From the NCBI GenBank assembly GCA_030524205.1, contig JAUNGZ010000008.1:15237-79236 (forward strand): a stretch of 64,000 nucleotides of DNA, given 5' to 3'. Shown one piece after another: positions 1-10,114 of the stretch; positions within the stretch are counted from its first letter, which is position 1, and each line of letters opens with the position of its first letter. The notes under the pieces are model-generated. The model saw only the letters and a program-made list of their open reading frames with translations. It had not been told where the DNA came from and ran no database searches. The DNA comes from Eubacteriales bacterium (GTDB lineage Bacteria > Bacillota > Clostridia > Oscillospirales > Butyricicoccaceae). The translations under genes and the position numbers were made by a program.

Positions 1-113
1 GTAGCACACAAATTTGGCAAACGCAAAACCGATTTTGCGTGCTCGTGCACATGTGGGCTGTGCAAAAATGCGGAAAAACGTTTTGCACGGCGCGTTTCCG
101 TGCAAAAATGCGT

Positions 114-142
114 TTGACATTTACTATCCGGTTCGTTACAAT
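114..142 (+). promoter_or_regulatory. sigma-A promoter of iolE
   Basis: TTGACA (114-119), 17 bp, TACAAT (137-142). Confidence 0.75.
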
Positions 143-195
143 AAAGATAACAGCTCGCCGTAAGGCGCGTGAGAGAAGATAATGGAGGGAATAAA

Positions 196-1122
196 ATGTT
201 AGATCCGAAGAAAGTAAAGCTGGGCATCTGCCCGATTGGCTGGTCCAACGACGACATGTGGGATCTCGGCGACGAGAATACCTTCCAGCAGTGCATTTCC
301 GAAATGAAGCTCGCTGGCTTCGACGGCTGCGAAGTCGGCCACAAGTATCCGGAGGATAAGGCTGTTCTCAAGCATATGCTCGACGTGCGCAATATGACGA
401 TTGCGTCCAAGTGGTTCTCCTCGTTCCTCGTTGACAAGCCGTACGAGGAAACCGAGAAGGAATTCATCAAGGAGCTGGAGTATCTGTCCTATGTCGGCGC
501 TTCCGCGATCAACATTTCCGAGCAGTCCGGCTCGATTCAGGGCATGCTCGACAAGCGCGTGCTCAAGGATAAGCGCGTGCTGACCGACGAGGAGTGGGAC
601 CGCTTTACCGACGGCCTGAACAAGCTGGGCAAGCTGTCGCTTGAGAAGTACGGCATCAAGTCCTGCTTCCATCACCACATGGGCACGGTCTGCCAGACGG
701 TTGAGGAAACCATCCGCCTGATGGAGAACACCGATCCCAAGTACGTATTCCTGTGCTTCGACACCGGCCACTTCACCTTCGCGGGCGAGGATCCGGTAGC
801 CGTGCTGGGCAAGTTCGCCAACCGCGTCGGCCATGTGCACCTGAAGAACATGCGCATGCCGATCGTCGAGAAGGTCAAGGCGGAGGACTGGTCCTTCCTG
901 AAGGCTGTGCGCGAGGGCGCGTTCACCGTTCCGGGCGATCCGGACGGCTGCGTTGATTTCGACGCTGTGTTCGATATCCTCGACAAGGCCAATTACGAGG
1001 GCTGGATCATGGTGGAGGCCGAGCAGGACCCGGCCAAGGCCAATCCGTTCGAATATTCCAAGATGGGCCGCGAGTACATCACCGCGCACACCGGTTTGGG
1101 CGGCGAGGTCGTTCTCAAGTAA
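196..1122 (+). CDS. iolE: myo-inosose-2 dehydratase
   Basis: LGICPIGWSNDDM, TFQQCISEM, FHHHMGT, DTGH, HVHLK, VEAEQDP motifs; GGAGG RBS before ATG 196. Confidence 0.9.
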   Translation: MLDPKKVKLGICPIGWSNDDMWDLGDENTFQQCISEMKLAGFDGCEVGHKYPEDKAVLKHMLDVRNMTIASKWFSSFLVDKPYEETEKEFIKELEYLSYVGASAINISEQSGSIQGMLDKRVLKDKRVLTDEEWDRFTDGLNKLGKLSLEKYGIKSCFHHHMGTVCQTVEETIRLMENTDPKYVFLCFDTGHFTFAGEDPVAVLGKFANRVGHVHLKNMRMPIVEKVKAEDWSFLKAVREGAFTVPGDPDGCVDFDAVFDILDKANYEGWIMVEAEQDPAKANPFEYSKMGREYITAHTGLGGEVVLK

Positions 1123-1143
1123 GTTCCCTTTCATTGCATTGCC

Positions 1144-1184
1144 GAAGGGCCGCAGGAAAATCATTTCCTGCGGCCCTTCTTTTT
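1144..1184 (+). terminator. intrinsic terminator after iolE
   Basis: GAAGGGCCGCAGGAAA / TTTCCTGCGGCCCTTC stem followed by T tract. Confidence 0.85.
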
Positions 1185-1258
1185 GTGCAAAAGCCTGAAA
1201 AAGCACGGGGTCTTTTGTGAAAGCTGCTGTGCGGCGGCGAAAAACCGGTGCGCGGCGT

Positions 1259-2663
1259 TCAGGCGATCGTCCGCAGGTAAGCGCGGCTGGTCAGCAGGTA
1301 GCAGGCGCCGTAGACCGCGCAGAAAAACAGCATGGACAGCCCGATGCCGCCGAGGATTACCGCCGGGTTATTGATCGCCAGAATCTGCATGAACACGGCG
1401 AGAATCGGGGAGGCAAAGCCAATATGGAGCAGCGCGGTGCCGAGCGGGAGCAGGAACACAATGCGCAGCTGCTTGCGGGCGGTGCGCACGGTCATTTCAT
1501 CCGACAGGCCGACCGCGCGCAGGATGCGGAAGCGTCCCGCGTCCTCCATGCCCTCGGCAAGCTGCTTGTAGTACAGGACGAGCGCGGTGCAGGCCAGAAA
1601 CACCAGCACGAAAAACACGCCGAGAAAAGCGAGCGTGGTGAATTCCATCGCGATAGCCTCGCGCGTCAGGCCGGCGGTGTTCAGCCCGATATGGCCCTCG
1701 GCAAGCACCTTGCCAAGCGCGGCGAACGCGTCCTCTTGTCCGAACAGCACGCAGGCCGAGCAGCACAGGGTAAACAGCGCGGCCGAGCCAAACAGGCAGA
1801 TGTTAACCAGCCCGGCTGCGTTTTTGCGCATGCGGTGCTGTAAACCGGATACCACGACAAAGCGCGACGGATCGGCGTAGAACCGGGGGCTGCGTCGCAT
1901 GACGCCCAGCACCTGCACGCTGCCGGCGGTAAAGAGGCCGTAGGTGCCGAAAATGACCAGCAGCAGCGCAAGCATAAAGCTGTTTAGGGAAAAGGTCTCA
2001 AGCGAGGTGGTTACGGCCAGATAGTAGCCGCCGCCGAGGCAGGCCGCGCCGAGCAGCGCGACGACGCTTTTGCCGCGCAGCGGCTTCTCGCCCTGTTTCT
2101 GCTCGCGCAGCAGCGAGGCCGGCTGGGTGCGCGCGGCGCGCCAGACGTTCATCACCAGCAGCACGAGAAAGCAAAACGCGAACAGCTTGACCGTCGCCAG
2201 CACGGGGGCGGCGGACAGCGACCAAGCCATGTCGACGTGCAGGCCGAGCGCGGCAAGCAGGCCGTCCAACACGAGCGGGCAAAGCAGCGCGCCCGCGCCG
2301 ACGCCGAGCAGCAGGCAGAAGGACAGACAGAGCGCGGCCTCGATCAGCAGGATGCCCGCGATGTGGCGGCGCCCCAGACCCAACACCGCGTAGAGCGCCA
2401 GCTCGCGGCTGCGCCCCTTGATCAGAAAGCTGTTGATATACATCAAAAACGGCACGATGATCACGGGAAGCAGGACATAGCCCACGCCCATCAGCATACG
2501 GATATTGTTACCGTCCGGAATGTTCTGGCCGAAGGATTCGTTCCATGAGAAGGCCGCGACGATGAAATACACCATAACGATAAAGGAAGCGGTGAGCAGG
2601 AACGGCAGATAGTGCCGCCGGTTGCCGTACAGTCCGCGCACGGCAAGCCGGGGGAGCAGGGTG

Positions 2664-2680
<17 letters not shown>
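1259..2680 (-). CDS. FtsX-like (BceB/YxdM-type) ABC exporter permease, short form
   Basis: about 10 hydrophobic segments; YINSFLIKGRSRELALYAVLG and LYYKQLAEG..RFRILRAVGL motifs. Confidence 0.8.
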
Positions 2681-3428
<748 letters not shown>

Positions 3429-3453
3429 CGTAAAAAGCCTCCTTGCGTATGAA

Positions 3454-3502
3454 TGTATTAAATAAACAATACAATAATACGACGGGATGGCCGCCGTGTC
3501 AA
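3454..3502 (-). promoter_or_regulatory. promoter of the ABC exporter with palindromic operator
   Basis: minus-strand TTGACA-17-TATTAT (3502..3474); palindrome TGTATT-N8-AATACA at 3454-3473. Confidence 0.6.
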
Positions 3503-3591
3503 GCCCTTTTTGAAAAAAGTGCGCAAGCTCCCTTCTTTCGCGGGAGGCGGGACGGAATGTGTATCAATTGTAAAATTCGAGGCAAAACCCT

Positions 3592-3620
3592 TTGCAAAAA
3601 AGGCCGTAATAGGGTAGAAT
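3592..3620 (+). promoter_or_regulatory. promoter of pyrH operon
   Basis: TTGCAA-17-TAGAAT. Confidence 0.55.
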
Positions 3621-3655
3621 ATAAAAAGGAAATTGAAGCATGAGGAGTGTGGAGC

Positions 3656-4378
3656 ATGGAAGCACATAAATACAAGCGCGTGCTGATCAAAATCAGCGGC
3701 GAGGCTCTCGCGGGCGACCGGCATTTCGGACTGAACTTCGATGTGATCGGGCCTGTTTGCGATGTGATCAAGAAATGCAACGAGAGCGGCTGTGAGATCG
3801 GCGTCGTGGTAGGCGGCGGCAACTTCTGGCGCGGCGTCAAGGACGGCGGCGGCAAGATGGAGCGCACGCGGGCGGACCATATGGGAATGCTGGCGACCAC
3901 GATCAACGCGCTTGCATTGGCGGACGCGCTCGAACAGCGCGGCGTGCCGGTTCGTGTGCAGACCGCCATCGAGATGAACCGCATCGCCGAGCCGTATATC
4001 CGGCAGCGCGCGACACGGCATTTGGAAAAGGGGCGCGTGGTGATCTTCGGCTGCGGCACGGGCAATCCGTTTTTTTCGACCGATACGGCGGCTGTACTGC
4101 GCGCGGCGGAGATCGGCGCAGAGGTCATTCTGCTGGCGAAAAATGTCGACGGCGTGTATGATTCCGATCCTGCGAAAAATCCGGACGCCAAGAAATACGA
4201 CCGCCTATCCTACATGGACGTACTTAACCAAGGACTCGGCGTGATGGATACGACCGCGACCTCGCTGTCCATGGATAACCATATTCCGATTTTGGTATTT
4301 GCGCTTTCCGATCCCGAAAATATTTATCGCGCCGTGAACGGTGAAAGAATCGGCACGATCGTACAGGAGGAAGAATGA
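3656..4378 (+). CDS. pyrH: uridylate kinase
   Basis: [33 protein letters not shown]. Confidence 0.95.
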   Translation: MEAHKYKRVLIKISGEALAGDRHFGLNFDVIGPVCDVIKKCNESGCEIGVVVGGGNFWRGVKDGGGKMERTRADHMGMLATTINALALADALEQRGVPVRVQTAIEMNRIAEPYIRQRATRHLEKGRVVIFGCGTGNPFFSTDTAAVLRAAEIGAEVILLAKNVDGVYDSDPAKNPDAKKYDRLSYMDVLNQGLGVMDTTATSLSMDNHIPILVFALSDPENIYRAVNGERIGTIVQEEE

Positions 4379-4379
4379 A

Positions 4380-4934
4380 ATGAAAGCTGAACTGAACGCC
4401 TACGAAGAAAAGATGAAAAAGACGCTCGACGTGCTGGCCAAGGAGCTGGCGGCCGTGCGCGCAGGCCGCGCCAACCCCGCCGTGCTTGATAAGATCACGG
4501 TGGAGTATTACGGCGCGCCGACGCCGCTGCAGCAGGTAGCCGCCGTCTCGACGCCCGACCCCCGCACGCTGTCCGTCCAGCCGTGGGACGCTTCGATCCT
4601 CAAGGCGATCGAAAAGGCCATCCAGATGTCCGATCTGGGCATCAATCCGCAGAACGACGGCAAGCAGATCCGCCTTGCCTTCCCGCCGCTGACCGAGGAG
4701 CGCCGCAAGGAGCTGATCAAGCAGGTTTCGCACATGGGCGAGGAGGCCAAGGTCGCCCTGCGCAACATCCGCCGCGACGCGATCGACAAATTCAAGGCCG
4801 CGCAGAAAAAGAGCGAGATGAGCGAGGACGAGTTGCACGACGGAGAGGACAAGATGCAGAAGCTGACCGATAAGTACGTCAAGGAAATCGACGGCATGGT
4901 TGCTAAAAAATCGAAGGAGCTTGCGGAGGTCTAG
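4380..4934 (+). CDS. frr: ribosome recycling factor
   Basis: [24 protein letters not shown]; follows pyrH. Confidence 0.95.
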   Translation: MKAELNAYEEKMKKTLDVLAKELAAVRAGRANPAVLDKITVEYYGAPTPLQQVAAVSTPDPRTLSVQPWDASILKAIEKAIQMSDLGINPQNDGKQIRLAFPPLTEERRKELIKQVSHMGEEAKVALRNIRRDAIDKFKAAQKKSEMSEDELHDGEDKMQKLTDKYVKEIDGMVAKKSKELAEV

Positions 4935-5229
4935 GGGGCTTCAAAAGCCCCCTAGATACAAGGTCAAGTTCCGAAAAAACTTGACCTTGATACCCGAATG
5001 ACGCCGCCCAAGGCGGCTGGGTCGGGGAATGAAAAGTCAGGCGCATGTCCTAACTTTTCATGAAAAACGCAGAGCGTTTTTCTGTTAAAAGGCGCTGCGG
5101 CGCGGGAAGGACAAAACTGCGCGCGGCGCGCGGGTTTTGTCCGGAAGGCGCGCGCAGCAGCCGGCAAAACTCGATCAAAAGCGTGGTTTTGAGCGAAATC
5201 TTTAGGGGCGGCGGGTTCGCCGCCCCTTT
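4929..5229. repeat. modular hairpin-array intergenic element, copy A
   Basis: chain of 8 or more hairpins; first 31 bp identical to 29236-29266; other modules shared with 30570-30955. Confidence 0.8.
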
Positions 5230-5232
5230 ATT

Positions 5233-5994
5233 ATGGGGGAACTAACGTTGGGTCTGTTTAAGCGCAAGCCAAAAGCGGCGGCGGGGAACCGGCCGGTGCC
5301 GCGGCATATCGCCGTTATCATGGACGGCAACGGCCGCTGGGCCAAGAAACGCGGCCTGCCGCGGCAGGCGGGGCATAAGATCGGCGCGGAAACCTTCCGC
5401 ACGATCGCGACCTACTGCAAGGATATCGGCGTGCAGTATTTTACGGTTTACGCCTTTTCCACCGAGAACTGGAAGCGTCCGCAGGAGGAAGTCGACGCGC
5501 TGATGGAGCTGTTCCGCAAGTACCTGAGGGAGGCGGCGGAAACCATGTTCCAGCGCGGCGTGGCCGTGCGCGTGCTGGGCGACCTGTCGCCGCTGCCGCG
5601 GGATATACTCGAGCTGATCCGAGAAACGGGCGAAATTGCCGACACGCTCGGGCCGGACGCCGCGACCGCCTCGCTCTGCATCAACTACGGCGGACGGGAC
5701 GAGATCAAAAACGCGGTCCGCGCGATTGCGGAGCAGGTGAAAGGCGGCGCGCTCGCGCCGGAGGACATCACGGAGGAGACGATCGGCGCGCATCTGTATA
5801 CCGCGCATATGCCCGATCCCGACCTGATCATCCGCCCGTCGGGCGAGGTACGCATTTCCAACTTCCTGCTGTGGCAGTCGGCCTACGCGGAATACTATTT
5901 CACCGATGTGCTGTGGCCCGACTTTAAAACGGCCGATATGGACGCGGCAATCGACGCGTACAACAGCAGGAACCGCCGGTTCGGCGGCGTATAA
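5233..5994 (+). CDS. uppS: undecaprenyl diphosphate synthase (start may be TTG 5248)
   Basis: HIAVIMDGNGRWA, YAFSTENWKRP, RPSGEVRISNFLLWQ. Confidence 0.95.
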   Translation: MGELTLGLFKRKPKAAAGNRPVPRHIAVIMDGNGRWAKKRGLPRQAGHKIGAETFRTIATYCKDIGVQYFTVYAFSTENWKRPQEEVDALMELFRKYLREAAETMFQRGVAVRVLGDLSPLPRDILELIRETGEIADTLGPDAATASLCINYGGRDEIKNAVRAIAEQVKGGALAPEDITEETIGAHLYTAHMPDPDLIIRPSGEVRISNFLLWQSAYAEYYFTDVLWPDFKTADMDAAIDAYNSRNRRFGGV

Positions 5995-6019
5995 ACAGAG
6001 GAATCGGGGTGTTTGAGAT

Positions 6020-6838
6020 ATGAAAACAAGAGTGCTGTTCGGCGTAATCGGCTTTGCGTTCGTGCTGCTCGCGCTGTATGTGTTCCCGCCGGTCGTTTTG
6101 GAAATCGTGCTGGCCGCGCTGTGCGTGCTGGCGACCTATGAGGTGCTTTCGTCGACCAAGCTGGTGCATAACCGGCTGGAGCTGGGGCTGTGCCTGCTGG
6201 TTTCGCTGCTGCTTGCGGCGGGCCATTCGCCGCTTGTGCCGTTTGAACTGACGGCAGTGACGCAGGGACTGGTGCTGTTGCTGCTGGTCGGCTCGTTTGC
6301 CATTTTGCTGCGCTTCCACGACAGCATGAACGCCGCGCAGGTCTCGTGGGCGTTTTTCGGCGCGCTGATCGTGCCGTATCTGATGCTCAGCCTGCTGCGC
6401 ATCTTCCAGATGGAATATCATCACGGCCCGTTTATCGTGCTGCTGCCGCTGCTCGCCGCATGGGGCTCGGATACCTGCGCGCTGTTTGCCGGCATGTTCT
6501 TCGGCAAGCATAAGCTCGCGCCCGTCGTCAGCCCGAAGAAAACGGTGGAAGGCGCGGTCGGCGGCGTCATCGGCGGCGCGGTGCTCGTCATGCTGGCGGC
6601 GCTGCTGATGAACGTGTTTCTCGACTTGGAGCTGCCGATCTGGGCGGCGGCGCTGCTTGGCGGCGGCGGCGCGGTGCTGGGCGCGGTCGGCGACCTGTCG
6701 TTTTCGGTGATCAAGCGGCAGACCGGCATCAAGGATTACGGCAGTATTTTTCCCGGCCACGGCGGCGTTTTGGACCGCTTTGACAGCGTGCTCTTTGTCG
6801 CGCCGATGGCGGAAATTTTGTTTCGACTGATCTGGTGA
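6020..6838 (+). CDS. cdsA: phosphatidate cytidylyltransferase
   Basis: SPKKTVEG, KRQTGIKDYG..PGHGGVLDRFDS. Confidence 0.93.
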   Translation: MKTRVLFGVIGFAFVLLALYVFPPVVLEIVLAALCVLATYEVLSSTKLVHNRLELGLCLLVSLLLAAGHSPLVPFELTAVTQGLVLLLLVGSFAILLRFHDSMNAAQVSWAFFGALIVPYLMLSLLRIFQMEYHHGPFIVLLPLLAAWGSDTCALFAGMFFGKHKLAPVVSPKKTVEGAVGGVIGGAVLVMLAALLMNVFLDLELPIWAAALLGGGGAVLGAVGDLSFSVIKRQTGIKDYGSIFPGHGGVLDRFDSVLFVAPMAEILFRLIW

Positions 6839-6843
6839 AGGCA

Positions 6844-7977
6844 ATGAAAAAAATTGCAATTTTAGGCTCGACGGGGTCGATCGGCACGCAGACTGTCGAT
6901 ATTTTGCCCTCGATTGATGCCGAAATCGTCGCATTGACGACGAATAAACGCATAAGCTTACTCGAAGAGCAAGCGCGTGCGCTGCGCCCCAAAATGGTCT
7001 GCGCCATGGACGAGGCGGCGGCGAGGGAGCTGAAAACCCGGCTGGCCGATACGGACATCCGGGTGCTTTCCGGCATGGACGGCCTTATTGCGTGCGCGGC
7101 GGAATCGGGCGCGGATATCGTGGTGACGGCGGTCGTCGGCATGGTCGGCCTGCTGCCGACCATGGCCGCGATCGAGGCGGGCAAGGACATCGCACTTGCC
7201 AACAAGGAAACGCTCGTCTGCGCGGGCGGGCTTGTCATGCGCGCGGCGCGGGAAAAGGGCGTTAAGATCCTGCCGGTCGATTCCGAGCACTCGGCGATCT
7301 TCCAGTGCGTGCAGGCGGCGCAGGGAAACCCCATCGAAAAAATACTGCTGACCGCGTCGGGCGGCCCGTTTTTCGGCAGAACCGCCGGGGAGATGCGGCA
7401 CGTCACACGCGAGCAGGCGCTCGCGCACCCAAATTGGAATATGGGCGCGAAAATCACAATCGACTCGGCCACCATGATGAATAAAGGGCTTGAGCTGATC
7501 GAAGCCATGTGGCTGTACGATATCGCGCCCGCGGATATCGAAATCGTCGTCCACCGCGAGAGCATCGTGCATTCGGCGGTCGAATTCGCGGACGGCGCGG
7601 TGCTCGCGCAGCTCGGCATACCCGATATGCGCCTGCCCATCCAGTACGCGCTGACCTATCCGGCGCGCGTTCCCTGCAAGGCGCCGCGCCTGTCGCTCGC
7701 GCAAACGGGCAAGCTGACCTTTTTCGAGCCCGATTGCGAGGCGTTTCCGGCACTGAACCTTGCCAAACGCGCGGCCGAGCAGAAGGGCGACCGCGGCGCG
7801 GTGCTCAACGGCGCGAACGAAGCCGCCGTCGGCCTGTTTCTGGACGGAAAGATCGGCTTTGCCGAGATCGCGGAGCGGGTCGCGTCCGCGCTGGACGCGA
7901 TTCCGTTCCAAAAGGCCGCGTCCTTGGACGATGTGCTCGCCGCCGACCGGGCGGCCCGCGCGCATGTGCTCGGCTGA
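6844..7977 (+). CDS. dxr: 1-deoxy-D-xylulose-5-phosphate reductoisomerase
   Basis: LGSTGSIGTQT, LANKETLV, PVDSEHSA, HPNWNMGAKITIDSATMMNK. Confidence 0.95.
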   Translation: MKKIAILGSTGSIGTQTVDILPSIDAEIVALTTNKRISLLEEQARALRPKMVCAMDEAAARELKTRLADTDIRVLSGMDGLIACAAESGADIVVTAVVGMVGLLPTMAAIEAGKDIALANKETLVCAGGLVMRAAREKGVKILPVDSEHSAIFQCVQAAQGNPIEKILLTASGGPFFGRTAGEMRHVTREQALAHPNWNMGAKITIDSATMMNKGLELIEAMWLYDIAPADIEIVVHRESIVHSAVEFADGAVLAQLGIPDMRLPIQYALTYPARVPCKAPRLSLAQTGKLTFFEPDCEAFPALNLAKRAAEQKGDRGAVLNGANEAAVGLFLDGKIGFAEIAERVASALDAIPFQKAASLDDVLAADRAARAHVLG

Positions 7978-8013
7978 CCCCGCATCCACCCCGACCCTGA
8001 GAGGAGAACCGCT

Positions 8014-9051
8014 TTGCTGCAAATTATTCTTGCTATTTTAGCGTTCGGCGCGCTTGTCGTCGTGCATGAGTTCGGCCATTTTATCACCGCCAAGCGCGGC
8101 GGCGTGCAGGTCAACGAATTTTGGATCGGCATGGGGCCGACCCTGCTTTCCAAGGACTGGCACGGCACCAAATACTGCCTGAAGCTGCTGCCGTTCGGCG
8201 GCGCGTGCGTCATGGAGGGCGAGGACGGCGAAAGCGAAAGCGCCCATTCGTTCGGCAAAGCCAAACTCCGCCGCCGGATGCTGATCGTCGTGGCGGGGGC
8301 GCTGATGAACTTTCTCGTCGGCTTTCTGCTCGTGCTGGCGATTATGCGGCCCAACGGGCCGGACGGCGGCTATATCGTTTCGACGGTCGACAGCGTAAGC
8401 CCTCAGAGCACGGCTGCTGCGGAAGGCGGCCTCGCGGCGGGGGATACCATCCTCAAGGTGGACGGCTACCATATTTTGCAGCGCGAGGATTTTGAAACGG
8501 CGCTGGCGCGCGGCGCGGATACGACGTATGAGGTCGTCGTGCGGCGGGACGGACAGCGCGTGACGCTGCCCGCCGTCAAAATGGAGGCTTCCATCGAGGG
8601 TGAGGATGGCCGCAAGCTGATCGGCATCAATTTTGCCGAGCAGAAAGCGACGCTGGGCATGCGGCTGAACCTGTCGGTGCGCGCCTCGGTCAATTACGCA
8701 AGACTCGTCTGGTCGAGCCTTGGGCAGCTCGTCACCGGCAAGGTCGGCGTCGACCAGCTCTCCGGTCCGGTCGGCGTGGCCGAGGTCATGGCCGATACTG
8801 CAAAGTACAGCATGGCGTCGTTTTTCAATCTGGTCGCGTTTATCTCAATCAACCTCGGCGTGATGAACCTGCTGCCGCTGCCCGCGCTGGACGGCGGCCG
8901 GCTGGTGTTCCTGCTTTTGGAGGGAATCCGGCGCAAGCCCGTCCCCGCCAAGTACGAGGGCTGGGTGCACGCGGCCGGTCTGGTGCTGCTGCTCGCCCTG
9001 ATGGTATACGTGACCGGGCAGGATATTTTCCGCATTGTCACAAGGGGATAG
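8014..9051 (+). CDS. rseP: RIP intramembrane metalloprotease (M50) with PDZ domain
   Basis: HEFGH, NLLPLPALDGG; conserved synteny. Confidence 0.9.
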   Translation: MLQIILAILAFGALVVVHEFGHFITAKRGGVQVNEFWIGMGPTLLSKDWHGTKYCLKLLPFGGACVMEGEDGESESAHSFGKAKLRRRMLIVVAGALMNFLVGFLLVLAIMRPNGPDGGYIVSTVDSVSPQSTAAAEGGLAAGDTILKVDGYHILQREDFETALARGADTTYEVVVRRDGQRVTLPAVKMEASIEGEDGRKLIGINFAEQKATLGMRLNLSVRASVNYARLVWSSLGQLVTGKVGVDQLSGPVGVAEVMADTAKYSMASFFNLVAFISINLGVMNLLPLPALDGGRLVFLLLEGIRRKPVPAKYEGWVHAAGLVLLLALMVYVTGQDIFRIVTRG

Positions 9052-9055
9052 AAAT

Positions 9056-10102
9056 ATGAAACAGACAAAACAGATCAAAATACGGGACGTATTGGTGGGC
9101 GGCGGCGCGCCCGTCGCGGTGCAGTCGATGACCAACACGGACACGCGGGACGCCGCCGCCACGCTCGCGCAGATCGAAGCGCTCGCGGACGCGGGCTGCC
9201 ACATCGTGCGCTGCGCCGTGCCCGACATGCAGGCGGCGGAGGCCATGCGCGAAATCTGTGCGAAAAGCCCCCTTCCGGTCGTGGCCGATATCCATTTCGA
9301 CTACCGGCTCGCGCTCGCGTCGATCGAGGCGGGCGCGGATAAAATCCGCTTAAATCCAGGCAACATCGGCGGGGCGGATCGCGTGCACGCGGTCGTGCAG
9401 GCGGCGAAGGAGCGGCGCATCCCCATCCGCATCGGGGTCAATTCCGGCTCGGTCGAGAAGCACATTCTGGAGAAATTCGGGGGCCCAACGCCCGAGGCGA
9501 TGGTCGAAAGCGCCCTTTATCATGTTGGTTTGCTCAACGACTGCGGGTTCGACGATATCTGCATCTCGATCAAATCGTCCTCGGTGCCTTATACCATGTC
9601 GGCGTATCTGCTCGCGCATGAAAAAACAGATTACCCGCTCCACCTCGGCGTGACCGAGGCGGGCACCGAATATATGGGCACGGTCAAGTCCGCCGCCGGC
9701 ATCGGCGGGCTGCTCGCGCTCGGCGTGGGCGATACCATCCGCGTATCCTTGACCGACGACTCGGTCAAGGAAATCTACGCCGCGCACGCCATTTTAAAGG
9801 CGGTCGGCCGGGCGGAGGACGGGATAAACGTCGTGTCCTGCCCGACCTGCGGCCGCACCCGCATCGACCTGATCGCCATCGCGAGGGAGGTCGAGCAGCG
9901 CTGCGCCGCGATTACGGGCAAGAAGCTCAAGGTCGCGGTGATGGGCTGCGCGGTCAACGGTCCGGGCGAGGCGCGCGAGGCCGACCTCGGCGTCGCGGGC
10001 GGCGACGGCGAGGGGCTGCTCTTCCGCAAGGGCGAGATTATCCGAAAGGTGCCGCAGGAAAAGCTGGTCGACGCGCTGATGGAGGAAATCGCAAGGTTTT
10101 AA
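9056..10102 (+). CDS. ispG: HMBPP synthase
   Basis: VQSMTNT, ADIHFD, RLNPGNIG, CPTCGR, VMGCAVNGPGE. Confidence 0.95.
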   Translation: MKQTKQIKIRDVLVGGGAPVAVQSMTNTDTRDAAATLAQIEALADAGCHIVRCAVPDMQAAEAMREICAKSPLPVVADIHFDYRLALASIEAGADKIRLNPGNIGGADRVHAVVQAAKERRIPIRIGVNSGSVEKHILEKFGGPTPEAMVESALYHVGLLNDCGFDDICISIKSSSVPYTMSAYLLAHEKTDYPLHLGVTEAGTEYMGTVKSAAGIGGLLALGVGDTIRVSLTDDSVKEIYAAHAILKAVGRAEDGINVVSCPTCGRTRIDLIAIAREVEQRCAAITGKKLKVAVMGCAVNGPGEAREADLGVAGGDGEGLLFRKGEIIRKVPQEKLVDALMEEIARF

Positions 10103-10114
10103 GGAGCAATCAAA

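Noticed and set aside
1-110. TGCAAAA/TTTTGCA inverted repeats upstream of iolE
   Set aside because: Could be an operator or the end of an upstream unit; truncated context is too thin to call
4929-5229. CRISPR array or MITE reading of the hairpin arrays
   Set aside because: No regularly spaced direct repeats, no cas genes, no clear terminal inverted repeats or target-site duplication
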